From Naegleria gruberi (lineage: Eukaryota): 64,000 nucleotides of DNA. The stretch lies in NCBI GenBank assembly GCA_000004985.1, contig GG738860.1; one strand, 5' to 3'. Positions 32,232 to 41,967 of this stretch are shown here, in pieces. The notes beneath the pieces were generated by a model. It saw only the letters and a list, made by a program, of their open reading frames with translations. It did not search any database and was not told the DNA's origin. The first letter of the stretch is position 1. The number at the start of each line of letters is the position of its first letter. The position numbers and the translations under genes are program-made.

Positions 32232-32766
32232 TTAGAGAATGACACATCTGTGGTCATTCACACTCAACACTTCTATTTTACAAACAATACCAGATCTTGC
32301 AGGTACATATGGAGGAGCTCCTTTTTCATAATCTTTGAATAAATTGTATTTCTAATTTCCAATACTTTATAATAAACTTACAAGCTTCTTGATAGGGAAT
32401 AACCAGTTCGGCTGTTGTTCCTTCTTTGAGTTTTCCAGATAAAAAGGCTTTCTCCCAACCGTCTATCACTTTACGAGCTCCTGGATCAAGTTTAAATGTA
32501 TATGGCTTTTTAATTAGCCAAGTATCATCAAAATCGTGATGTTGTCCTTGTACTCGCTATTGTAGTATGAAATATCATGATCATCACACCATTCCGAAAT
32601 TAACAAAAATGTTTAATCATCTTCTTACCATTTTATAGTGTAGGGTGATATAATCGCCCTGCTTTGGTGTCTTTCCACGACCCTCCTTCATGATATTGAT
32701 TTGGGTCTCGTTATTTGGATCGGCAGCATCACTCAAAAATAGTGCCATTTTTTTATCTTTGAACAT
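32232..32766 (-). CDS. FKBP-type peptidyl-prolyl cis-trans isomerase, 3 short exons (absent from the ORF track)
   Basis: The exons are about 32630-32766, 32381-32556 and 32232-32332 (GTAAGA and GTAAGT donors). The joined protein is '...KQGDYITLHYKM|RVQGQHHDFDDTWLIKKPYTFKLDPGARKVIDGWEKAFLSGKLKEGTTAELVIPYQEA|YEKGAPPYVPARSGIVCKIEVLSVN...'. This matches FKBP12-type signatures (HYxG, PF.F.LG..VI.GWE, IPP.A.L.F.VELL). Confidence 0.7.
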
Positions 32767-32896
32767 GAAATTTAAAAGAACCAAGTTCATAGTGCATTAA
32801 TAAAATAATTAACATTATTCAAGCAAGAACAAAGTCATACAATAATTATAGTAAATTTCCTTGTTATATAAAACTAGTTTTCATCAATAAATGTAA

Positions 32897-32977
32897 GTTG
32901 AGGTGGCCGAGTGGTTAAGGCGCCAGCCTGCTAAGTTGGTGGAGTAATCCGCGTGGGTTCGAATCCCATCCTCAACG
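32897..32977 (+). tRNA. tRNA-Ser (anticodon GCU)
   Basis: 81 nt. The acceptor stem is GTTGAGG/CCTCAAC with discriminator G. The D-arm is 'GCCGAGTGGTTAAGGC'. The anticodon stem-loop is CCAGC-CTGCTAA-GTTGG. There is a long class-II variable arm and a T-arm 'GTGGGTTCGAATCCCAT'. Confidence 0.85.
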
Positions 32978-32986
32978 TTTTTTTAC
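32978..32986 (+). terminator. RNA polymerase III T-run terminator after the tRNA
   Basis: 'tttttttac' directly follows the tRNA 3' end. Confidence 0.5.
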
Positions 32987-33070
32987 CAATCCATTTTTTG
33001 TTTGTCACAGCAAAATTTTGCTTTTCCTTTAGTTCACAACCAGAGAGTTACAAAGAATGATACAATTTAT

Positions 33071-33394
33071 TTAATCATCAAAATCATTATTTACACTACT
33101 CAAGCTTCTACTAGTATTGATTGCATTATCCACTTTAGTACTATTTGAAGAATTGAGTTTTTCTTGTAGATATTCATCGTAGGTGAGTGAGGCTTTGGAT
33201 GATTGATATCTTTCAGAATCGATTATCTCAAGTAATGAATCAGTTATTTTACCTCTATAGCCAGTTTTTCTGATGAGTGAGTGAATAGTCTCTTCTTGAT
33301 TCCATTCTTGCTCCTTGGAAACTTCAGGAAGATAGGTCTAAAATCAAAATTAGGTTGACCAAAAAATCAGTTAAACTTACACCACTATAACTCA
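33071..33394 (-). CDS. AMMECR1-domain protein, 3' exons only (5' part lost in the assembly gap)
   Basis: The terminal exon of about 33071-33317 encodes 'TYLPEVSKEQEWNQEETIHSLIRKTGYRGKITDSLLEIIDSERYQS'. This closely matches the AMMECR1 C-terminus ('[34 protein letters not shown]'). It is preceded by a short intron and an exon fragment '..SYSG' that abuts the N-run. Confidence 0.6.
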
Positions 33395-33444
33395 NNNNNN
33401 NNNNNNNNNNNNNNNNNNNNNNNNNNNNNNNNNNNNNNNNNNNN
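33395..33444. other. Assembly gap (50 N)
   Basis: Run of n characters. Confidence 0.99.
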
Positions 33445-33753
33445 TCAAAACAATGCTCACACATATCAGTGGAGGCTCTATTTTGTTCTGCCATTCTCTA
33501 TATTCCTGTTCTGTACTAGTATTATCAGCAATATATACTACAATTCTACAATCCAATCTTTGGAAAAACAATTCAAACCCTTCACTATGAAACAAAAGCC
33601 TGAAAATTTGCAATAATTAAATTCTCTCCTTGTTTTTCTAACTTGTTCTATTTTTGTTTTTTTGAAAACGTTGAGGAATTTGAAAAAGGGATGATAAACT
33701 GTTTCGGTACTAAATTCAATCAACGTATTGTTGTTTTATTCAGTTTATTGAGT

Positions 33754-34771
33754 TTATTGTTCTGTGGTGGTGGTGGTAGTAGAGGCAGACGCGTTGTTGT
33801 CATTATTCTTATTGTAAAGTTGATAATAATTGGTGTAGGATGGATAATTCATTTCAATTCTCTTTTGACAACCTTTAGCTGTTGTTTGGTGGAATTCTTT
33901 AGGGAGGAAGGTGAGTGCCCAATCATAAATAACATTGGGAATGAGGCCTCCAGGTGTAACCTGTGTGACACACCAAAATTCACATCTCTTTTTTATAATG
34001 ATTATTGTAAAATATTGTAAATTATTGTCAGCTTACATTTTCATCTATTGGGCTAACTTTCATACCCAAAAATAAAACAGTGGTTCTAACATATTCTGAT
34101 TTAGTTTCCTTTGGGAATGAATCTGCACTCTTACCAATCATCAAGTAGGTATTAGTTTTTTCATCGTATTTCTCTGCATTGACTGTCATTAAATCACGTG
34201 AGCTCACAATTAAATTCCCCTTCTTGACTAAATATTCCAAAACTTGATTTTGTGGCTAAATTATTTCCAATTATTATTATTATTAATATTATTTCACAAA
34301 ATAATTACCTTTCCAGGAATGTTAAAAATTTGTACAATTTCTCTTCCAGCTTCTCTGTTGTCCCACAAATAACGAAAATCATACGCTCTCAAAACATCAT
34401 AAAACACTTGAATTGGATAATTAACAATCATCTTGTACTTGTGTCTGACTGTTAAATGAGAATGTTCTTCACTAATGGTTTTAGATCCTCCTTCACCATT
34501 TAATTTCTTCCACATGATTCTATCCTCTTCCTCGAATAATAATTTATAGTCACCATCCTTATCCTCAATTTCACTCTCTAATTTATCAAAATCCGAAAAT
34601 TCCTATTTCCACAATTTTTCCTTGGTCAAGCATTAATTTCCATCACACAAAACATACCACAAGAGGAAATTTATATTGTTCAAATTTTTCAAAGCTATCG
34701 GAAACTATCTCTTCAAGCTTTGGTTTGATGAAGAGTGATTGTGCAGGTGTCGACGAGAACCATCCAGCCAT
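33754..34771 (-). CDS. START (StAR-related lipid-transfer, PCTP-like) domain protein, 4 exons (absent as a gene from the ORF track)
   Basis: The exons are about 34657-34771 ('MAGWFSSTPAQSLFIKPKLEE...'), 34308-34602, 34037-34254 and 33754-33960. The donors are GTATGT, GTAATT and GTAAGC, and all boundaries are phase 0. The sequence contains 'WKKLNGEGGSKTISEEH..TVRHKYKMIVNYPIQVFYDVLRAYDFRYLWD' and 'VTPGGLIPNVIYDWALTFLPKEF', which are typical of START/Bet v1-like lipid-binding folds. Confidence 0.65.
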
Positions 34772-34895
34772 TTTTTATTGTTGTGTGTTGCAATAATTTG
34801 GAAGGTGTTGGAGGCATAGGCGGAATACTGAACTCCGCTGTACTTACTGATTTCTCGTCCCCAAGCAGGGCAAGACAATTAGTAATAGAGAGAGC

Positions 34896-36228
34896 TTATA
34901 AATTCCACATTGGACGATGATTTGGTTCTTTGAGGGATGGTACTGCTACGAGTTCATTATTGTTTTCCTTCACTTCAACAATTACATTGGACATTTCATC
35001 CATTTCATCAAAGATTAAATGTTCGAGTGATCTGAATGGTTTAACCCAGCCCTTTATCTGGGAAGCTCTCATTCTCTCATCTTTGCATCTGTAGGTGACA
35101 ATATTGAAATTGGATCTTTTCCAATAGGGAGCTAATTTAGCTTCCTCTTCATTGTCATTCTCAAAGAACGTTTCATTAATTCTCGAGAGGAAACCCTCAT
35201 GGGAGTCATGTTGACTTGCTGATGGTGGGGGTGTAATTAATTCTCTACCAACTGTTTGATTAATCATATCAGTACTCTTCTTTTTGAAATCAGTCCACTT
35301 TTCCCATAATTCTTGCTTGTTAAGAATAACTTTGGTGTATAATTTGATGCTCGCGTATTTAGGCCACATTGTTGAGCTATTTAAAATATGAGCTATTTTC
35401 AAACCATTTGATGTCCAATAGGCACAATTTCCTCTTTCTGCAATTCCAGAAAACCATGAAAAGCCCTTAAATAAGTTATAAATTGGTCCATTAACCATAC
35501 TATATTTGGCCATATTCAAATCACCCAATTTTTGAGTTTCCACAAAATATTCATGCATTTGTTTAATGTATTCTTCTGGCCATTCCTCAAATCTGAAAGA
35601 AATCATTGTTCTCGAATAAATTCCACCTTGTTCATTACCATCATCCACTGTACATTTACTGCATGTTTAATTCACAACATGTCAACCAATATATAATTAT
35701 TCCATTAAACATACCTCGGATGTCCAAACAAATAATCATCAGCAGGTATAAAATTCACCATTCTATGACCTGGTTTTCCAACAACTATTACAAAGATGAC
35801 AAAATATTCAGAATAATATTTCAACAATTAAAATACCTACTATTCATCACTATTGATTTTCCATCTTCTGGATTAGTATATCGAATAGCAGAGTGACCAT
35901 ACGGATTCACTGATGAATCCGAACTAAATATCCTCGTCGTTAACAATGAAGGAGTCACATAAATATATTCAAAAGCAGGAGCCTTCTTCTTCCCCAGCAG
36001 AGAATCAATCTCTGTTAATGCTGTTTCTTTATTAATCACCTCCCTCATATCTTGATGCTGAATTGCTTTAGAAAAACATTGTTTCTTCATCATTGCTCTT
36101 GAAAAAGGATAATCATTATTCTTGTTGATTAATAATTTCCGAGATAAAGTAAAAGCTGTAGTAGTTGTACTAAAACGCGATAATGATCTCAACATTTTTT
36201 TGATTGAATTTCTTTCAGTAAAAGGCAA
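34896..36228 (-). CDS. Hypothetical mitochondrially targeted protein, 3 exons
   Basis: Exon 1 is about 35841-36228, with a presequence-like 'MLRSLSRFSTTTTAFTL' and a GTAGGT donor after '...SIVMN'. Exon 2 is about 35709-35787 ('IVGKPGHRMVNFIPADDYLFGHP'). Exon 3 is about 34896-35677 ('SKCTVDDGNEQGG...'). The frames are consistent across junctions. No family is assigned. Confidence 0.5.
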
Positions 36229-36359
36229 GGAATAGATTCAATCAAATTCATGTAGTTGCTACTGTGAACTTTCTATGCCATCAGATTGTTAATTGTCAGT
36301 AATTGGTGGAAATAAGTGATTACAAAATATTTTAAACCAATTCGAATATTAGAAAAAAC

Positions 36360-38042
36360 ATGTCAAAGAGACCAGCCGAATCTTCTTCCGAAGATGAAGA
36401 AGAAGATTACTCATCAGAGGAGGAGAATGTACAAGAATCGTCATCAATTAAAACTAAACCAATTCAAGTAAATCCACTCCATGCCGATAAGATTGTTCGA
36501 CAAATATTGATTAAACCCAAATGGCATGCCAAGATTGACAATAAGAGAATTATTAAAAAGTGGAGAGACGAATGTACCAAACAAGGTATATCAAACTCTA
36601 GTTTTGATGTTGGAATTGATATCTTACGTGATATCAAAGCAATTTCCCACTCTGTTCACTATTGTTGTGGATATTGTGGTGCTCAACCAAAGAAGAAACT
36701 ATTCTCTGATCCCGATAGTGATGCAGAAGAATTGAATGAAGATGAAGAACTTTTCGATGGAACTCTTGAAGATAAGAAACCGAGTAAAAAGAAGAAAAAA
36801 GTAATGAGGATTTCATATTCGGACGATGAGGAGTATAATGATGATGATGGTGAAAGAAGATCATATAGGAGGTCAACCAAGTTTTGTCTTTGTCCATGTG
36901 CTCATTGTGCATTTAAGGAACAGAAAGTTGGACCAGATGTATGTGTTGAGAAGGAAGATTGGATTCCAGAAGAGTTGACTGAAAGATTGAAGAAACATTT
37001 GAATTCTTTGGTGGAGAGTACACCTAAGGAGGAATGGGATTGGCATCCTGGTTCAAATCAACAAGTTCTCGATATTATCCATCCTTCATTGTATTGCTAT
37101 TCGAAAGAGCATAGTATTTTGAAAGGGGATACGAAAAAAAAGTTGGTAAAGAATATGAAACAGATTAACACTCAATGGCTACCAACAGATTTTGAAGTTG
37201 ACAAACAAGGAAATGTCAAACCACTTTCCTATATCAATAACATTAATCCAACATCACAGAAAGAATTACAAGATACTATTTGTGAGGTCTTGTCACATTT
37301 AACTCAACCAGTCAAGAAATTTGTCAAGTTCAAAAAGAAGGTTCAAGTAATTGTCAAGGCAGCAAATGTAATTGTCACTCCAGAACAAGGTTTCTATCCA
37401 GGTGGTACTTGGCACTCAGAAGGGGATACTGAGAATATTGTAGCTACTGCCATCTTTTATTATGAATGTCAAAATGTGAAGGAAAGTGTTTTGGAATTTA
37501 GATCTTCATTGGATGAGGAAAGTTTTTTTGGTATTGAGCAAGATAATGTAAAACAAGCTTGGGACAGATGTAATGTAAGTTACCTTAATTCAATATTCAT
37601 CAATTAATTTCTCAAATTTCTTTGAAAGATTCATGATCGTGATAAATTATTCACAATTTTGGGAAATGTCAAAACCACAGAAGGAAAATGCATCTTCTTC
37701 CCAAATACCCATCAACACAGAGTTAGACATTTCTTCCCAAAGGATCCAACTGAGGTTGCCACCAGAAAAATTCTTGTCTTTTTCTTTGTTGATCCAGAAA
37801 AGCCAATTGTTTCAACTTCAAACATTGATAATCAGAGGAGAGATGCTGCCATTTCGAATGCATTCCCTCTCGTTAAAAAGTTACCTTATCCAATTCTTAT
37901 TAAGGAGATTATTCCATTCCTTCCTTTGATGAGTAAGGCACAAGCCGAAGAGGTTCGTGAGCAATTGATGGAGAGTAGAAAGTACAAAAGGGATGAACAA
38001 AATGAATTATACGAAAGAGAATTCTCATTATGTGAACATTAA
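36360..38042 (+). CDS. DUF4246-family protein, 2 exons
   Basis: The exons are about 36360-37574 and 37629-38042 (GTAAGT donor, 54-nt intron, phase 0). The conserved blocks are 'EWDWHPGSNQQVLDIIHPSLY', 'GGTWHSEGDTENIVATAIFYYE', 'HQHRVRHFFPKDPTEVATRKILVFFFVDPEKPIVSTSNI'. These are typical of the fungal/protist DUF4246 family. The N-terminus is acidic with a CxxC cluster. Confidence 0.65.
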
Positions 38043-38159
38043 ATTCTACCAAATTATTGAAATTTATTCCTGGTTATTATTAATATTAATATTAAAAATT
38101 ACTAGAATGAAGTTGATGAACTCAACGCAATCACAATATTAATAAAACAATTAAAAAAA

Positions 38160-39539
38160 ATGATTAGAAGAAGAGTTTCGGATCAATCTTCATCATCTTC
38201 GGGTGCTTCTCCTTCATCATCAAAAACAAGACAACACCAACTATTAAATAATATAACTCTACCAAATACTAATACTAGCAATAGTGTACTACCATCAACA
38301 TCAGCATCTGTTGGATCGACTGCGGAATCGACTGCTAAAATTAATGAAAAAACAAAATATGAATTGAGTACATTGCTACATAAACATTGCTCAAAGGATG
38401 CTGATGCCTATGTTGAGGATGCAATTTTACATAAATTTAAATCAATACTAAAGCAAGGAGATGTCTATGTTGAGACTGCTTATCATCAATTGATAAAATC
38501 GATATTGACAAAGAAGAATTCCACCATTCGATATTTTGCATTGACTTTTATTCATGAAGCAATGAGAAGTAAACGATTTAGAACACTTCTGGCTCAGGAT
38601 TTTAAGGAATTTATTATATTGACAGTGGCAGGTAGTCCAGCAAGTAGGACGGATGCTGCCACTTCGAACGTTAGTAGTGGTAAAGATAATGCATTCCTAA
38701 CGAGGAAAAATTCAAAATATAGTGCTATTTGTGTGCCTGATGTGTTGCCTCCACCTGAGAAATCTGCAATGAAATTGAGAGCAAAGGCATTGGAATATAT
38801 TGAAAATTGGAGTGAAACATATGGTCAATTGTATCCATCTTTTCAAAAAGGATATGAGTATATTGAAAAGAAATTGAGATTTCAATTTCCTAAACTGAGA
38901 GAACATCATCTCAATCAAGTTCAAATTCGAAATGAAAGACAAAGACATAGACAAACTATTTTATTGGGAAAATTTAAGAATATTAAGGATAATGATTTTG
39001 AAAAGATGGCCCACATTGAAGTGTGTCTGAGACAACTCGAGGTTTGTCTCGAACAGATTATTCCATCATTTGAAGAAATGATGAAAATTGCAATTAGAGA
39101 GGACGAATCAGTCAATCCACCTGTCACTATTGATCCAAACTTTAATTATATTGAAACTATAAATTCAACCTCTGATGAGAATATAACCGAGCAAAATAAT
39201 GTACAAAACGATAATTATAATGTAAATATGGATAACTATGAAATAACTGCGGAGGAAAATGAAGAGGATGAATGGGAAGAGGTAACAGGTTATCAAGAGG
39301 AAGAGGATGAAAACTCTGTGCCTCTAGACATTGATGACATGATGAAAGATGTTGGTATCTTCTCGAATGATTATGAGATTACAATTGATTTGAAAGATAT
39401 TTTCCAAGACCAGGAAACTATTGACAATACCACACTCTTTGAAATTTGTAAGGAAAATTTACGTACACTGAGGAAGACATACTTTCCTCAAATTAAGGAA
39501 TGGATGAGAATAATGACTGCTATTAAAAGAACCAGGTGA
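38160..39539 (+). CDS. UVSSA: UV-stimulated scaffold protein A (UVSSA) homolog, transcription-coupled NER factor
   Basis: 'QLIKSILTKKNSTIRYFALTFIHEAMRSKRFRTLLAQDFKEFIILTVAGSPA' aligns with the human UVSSA VHS-like region ('[52 protein letters not shown]'). 'LRAKALEYIENWSETYGQLYPSFQKGYEYIEKKLRFQFPKL' aligns with the following block. The C-terminus is acidic. Confidence 0.7.
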   Translation: MIRRRVSDQSSSSSGASPSSSKTRQHQLLNNITLPNTNTSNSVLPSTSASVGSTAESTAKINEKTKYELSTLLHKHCSKDADAYVEDAILHKFKSILKQGDVYVETAYHQLIKSILTKKNSTIRYFALTFIHEAMRSKRFRTLLAQDFKEFIILTVAGSPASRTDAATSNVSSGKDNAFLTRKNSKYSAICVPDVLPPPEKSAMKLRAKALEYIENWSETYGQLYPSFQKGYEYIEKKLRFQFPKLREHHLNQVQIRNERQRHRQTILLGKFKNIKDNDFEKMAHIEVCLRQLEVCLEQIIPSFEEMMKIAIREDESVNPPVTIDPNFNYIETINSTSDENITEQNNVQNDNYNVNMDNYEITAEENEEDEWEEVTGYQEEEDENSVPLDIDDMMKDVGIFSNDYEITIDLKDIFQDQETIDNTTLFEICKENLRTLRKTYFPQIKEWMRIMTAIKRTR

Positions 39540-39763
39540 TATTTTCTCAATGTATTGACATGAAAACAAGATTACTACTGTATTTGACAAGTGTGAAAAA
39601 CTCAAAATTGAAAACTTTGAGGCAATAGAAAAGACCAAATCAATGGAAAAGCAAATTGAAGCAGCAAGGAAAATTGAAGAGGAAATTATTGAGGATTTGA
39701 TTCTTAAAAGAAAACGAAACAATACTGACTCTAGTAAAAATAAAAAGCAAAAGATGAAATAAT

Positions 39764-40936
39764 TTATGATTGTTGGGTAGTTGTTTGTTGTTCAGTTGTT
39801 GTGGATGGAGTTGAAGAAACAAAGAATGATTTGATAAGGGCAGCAAAATTGTTGGCCATGTCATCACTTGGGAATTGAGCAAAACCGTGGACAACCTTTG
39901 GAGTTCTGAAATGTTTGAGTGTAGATGTACCATTAGAAGCTTCAGTAACAACACGAGCAAATTCAGCAGCTTCATCTCTCAAAATGTCATATTCAGCAGT
40001 AATGACGAAACCTCCAGGAAGCTTTGAGTAAACCTTAGCTCTAGCATCAGGATCACGAGTATCCAATGCACTCATAACTGAAAAGTATGGATTGGCAGCA
40101 GCTTCTTCATCTGAAACTTGGGTTCCAAGAAGATATCTCCAAAACTTCTCAAGAACTGGACTATCCAAAACAAATCCAAAATCTCCAAATAATTTGTAAG
40201 ATTCAAACTTGGTTCTATTAGCAGGATAATAGTGAAGAGCTGGATAGAAGAGAGCTTGTTGATGAATTTTTGGAATTTGTTCCTTCTTGACAATTTCCTG
40301 ATCTGCCATCAATAACCTAACAAGGGCATGTGAAGTAATATGACCACCAGCAGAGTCACCAGAAACAGTGAGTTGATTAAGATTGGCATTATACTTTTCA
40401 TCCCTCAAATTCTTTCCAACCCAAGTCAATGCATTCAATAAATCATTCAAACAAGCTGGGAAAACATTTTCTGGAGCTTTTCTATATCCAACACTGACAA
40501 CTACAAATCCCTTCTCTGACATTTTTCTACAGAATGAATCATAAACGTCAATATGATTTAAAACCCATCCACCACCATGAGTATAAACTAATACTGGATA
40601 TCCACCTGGACGATGTTGTTTTGGTGTGTAAATTCTCAATAAATATTGTGCCATATCACTTGTTGAATCCATCTCTTTCAAATACAATTCCGATGATGAA
40701 ATATTATATTGAATTTGATGAGTAGTTTTTTGCAATAAACTAGATTCCATAGTAGTATTTCTAACCTTGTACAATTCCTGTCTGAATTTTACAATATCTG
40801 CAAATCTAACAGATAATTTAAATACCATACTCTTATAATATAATTGGAATGATAAATCAGGAAATAAAATCAACGGATACAATGCATAGGCAACAAGCAC
40901 CAACAAGAGTGCCAAAATTCCGAATGCCACCTTCAT
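39764..40936 (-). CDS. Alpha/beta-hydrolase esterase/lipase of the AADAC / hormone-sensitive-lipase family
   Basis: It has the 'HGGGW' oxyanion-hole motif and a 'GDSAGG' nucleophile elbow. There is an N-terminal signal-anchor ('MKVAFGILALLLVLVAYALY'). The ORF-track start at 41167 is an upstream read-through; the ATG at about 40936 is preferred. Confidence 0.75.
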   Translation of the reverse strand: MKVAFGILALLLVLVAYALYPLILFPDLSFQLYYKSMVFKLSVRFADIVKFRQELYKVRNTTMESSLLQKTTHQIQYNISSSELYLKEMDSTSDMAQYLLRIYTPKQHRPGGYPVLVYTHGGGWVLNHIDVYDSFCRKMSEKGFVVVSVGYRKAPENVFPACLNDLLNALTWVGKNLRDEKYNANLNQLTVSGDSAGGHITSHALVRLLMADQEIVKKEQIPKIHQQALFYPALHYYPANRTKFESYKLFGDFGFVLDSPVLEKFWRYLLGTQVSDEEAAANPYFSVMSALDTRDPDARAKVYSKLPGGFVITAEYDILRDEAAEFARVVTEASNGTSTLKHFRTPKVVHGFAQFPSDDMANNFAALIKSFFVSSTPSTTTEQQTTTQQS

Positions 40937-41627
40937 GATAATTCTAATGCTGCTGACCACTAAAACAAAAACACAAACTCCTGGTGTGCAAAGCTGCTGA
41001 TCTTTATATTTTTTTTTTAAAGCGAAAGAGCGAAAACCAAGCGAAAATTTATTATTATTCCCTTGCTCAATGCTCAATAAGAATTTCAATGGTTCAATTA
41101 TTTGGAAATAGAAGGTCAGATTTACATATTGAGGTGATTTTTGTGGAGTAAGGTGGGTGGTGTTCAATATTTTTTGAAGGTTAATTGGCGAAGTATCATC
41201 ATGATGTTGGGACTTGAGATTTTCTTGGTGGAAATTTAGTACATTAAGCGAGTTATCATTGTATCGAGATTGTTTGCAGCCTCTGTGAAATCTATCTCTT
41301 CCATTCCTTGCTGAGTGTATTGCCAGAGGTGAATCTTTCTTTTGAAATTGGAGGTGAAGATAGAATGAAAATCTTGTAATGTCTTAGTGATTGAAGCAGA
41401 GTTGACGAGGTGAGACATTTTCAAAGTGTCAGATTAGAATACTATTTGAGGGAATTGTAATTTTGTTACTATAATCGCCTCCTTTCAACTGAAGAGTTGG
41501 TCCCAATGCAGAAAGAGATCCATATGAATGAACTGACGTAAAGCATGCCTTTGGCTTCTGAATACTATCTAGAGTAGAAATTGTTTGGTTTAAATATTTC
41601 ACTTGGCAAATCATTCATCAGAGGATA

Positions 41628-41940
41628 GTCAAACTCTGAACATCCCATTTGAATAATGCACATCATCTGGAACTAGATTATTCCACATTTTCCTCAAATT
41701 TCCACGTGCAAATTCACCAGGAAATCGTAAAAAGCTGTTATTTTGTTCCCTAAGCCTTTTCACCAAGTTTTCATTACCAATACACCAATCTACCATCACA
41801 CTCCTCGACTTGAAACTCTGTGAATTGTCTTGATAAAAGTAAACATTCGGATCACCTTTTGGCTCATCCTCGGAGAGGGTTTGTTCTTCATAAATATTCT
41901 CGATAAAATCTCTTCCAATTCTTGTTCCTCCAATTCCATT
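41628..41940 (-). CDS. Small unassigned coding-like ORF (>=55 aa; the frame is open for about 100 codons with no in-frame upstream ATG)
   Basis: The open frame is '...DPNVYFYQDNSQSFKSRSVMVDWCIGNENLVKRLREQNNSFLRFPGEFARGNLRKMWNNLVPDDVHYSNGMFRV*'. It is squeezed between the PTH2 stop (41968) and the downstream intergenic region. The start and exon structure are unresolved, and a frameshift or missed intron is possible. Confidence 0.25.
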
Positions 41941-41967
41941 TTGTTTTTGAAATATTTATTAATATTT

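Noticed and set aside
33643-34455. Plus-strand ORFs 33643-34020 and 34252-34455
   Set aside because: They overlap, in antisense or out of frame, the minus-strand exons of the START-domain gene. Their sequences are low-complexity (GGGGSRGRRVVVIIL..., IIIINIISQNNY...).
40937-41167. N-terminal 77 aa of ORF 39764-41167 (MNTTHLTPQKSP...)
   Set aside because: This is read-through of the 5' UTR upstream of the esterase signal-anchor. The esterase family normally starts at the hydrophobic anchor (MKVAFGILALLL...).
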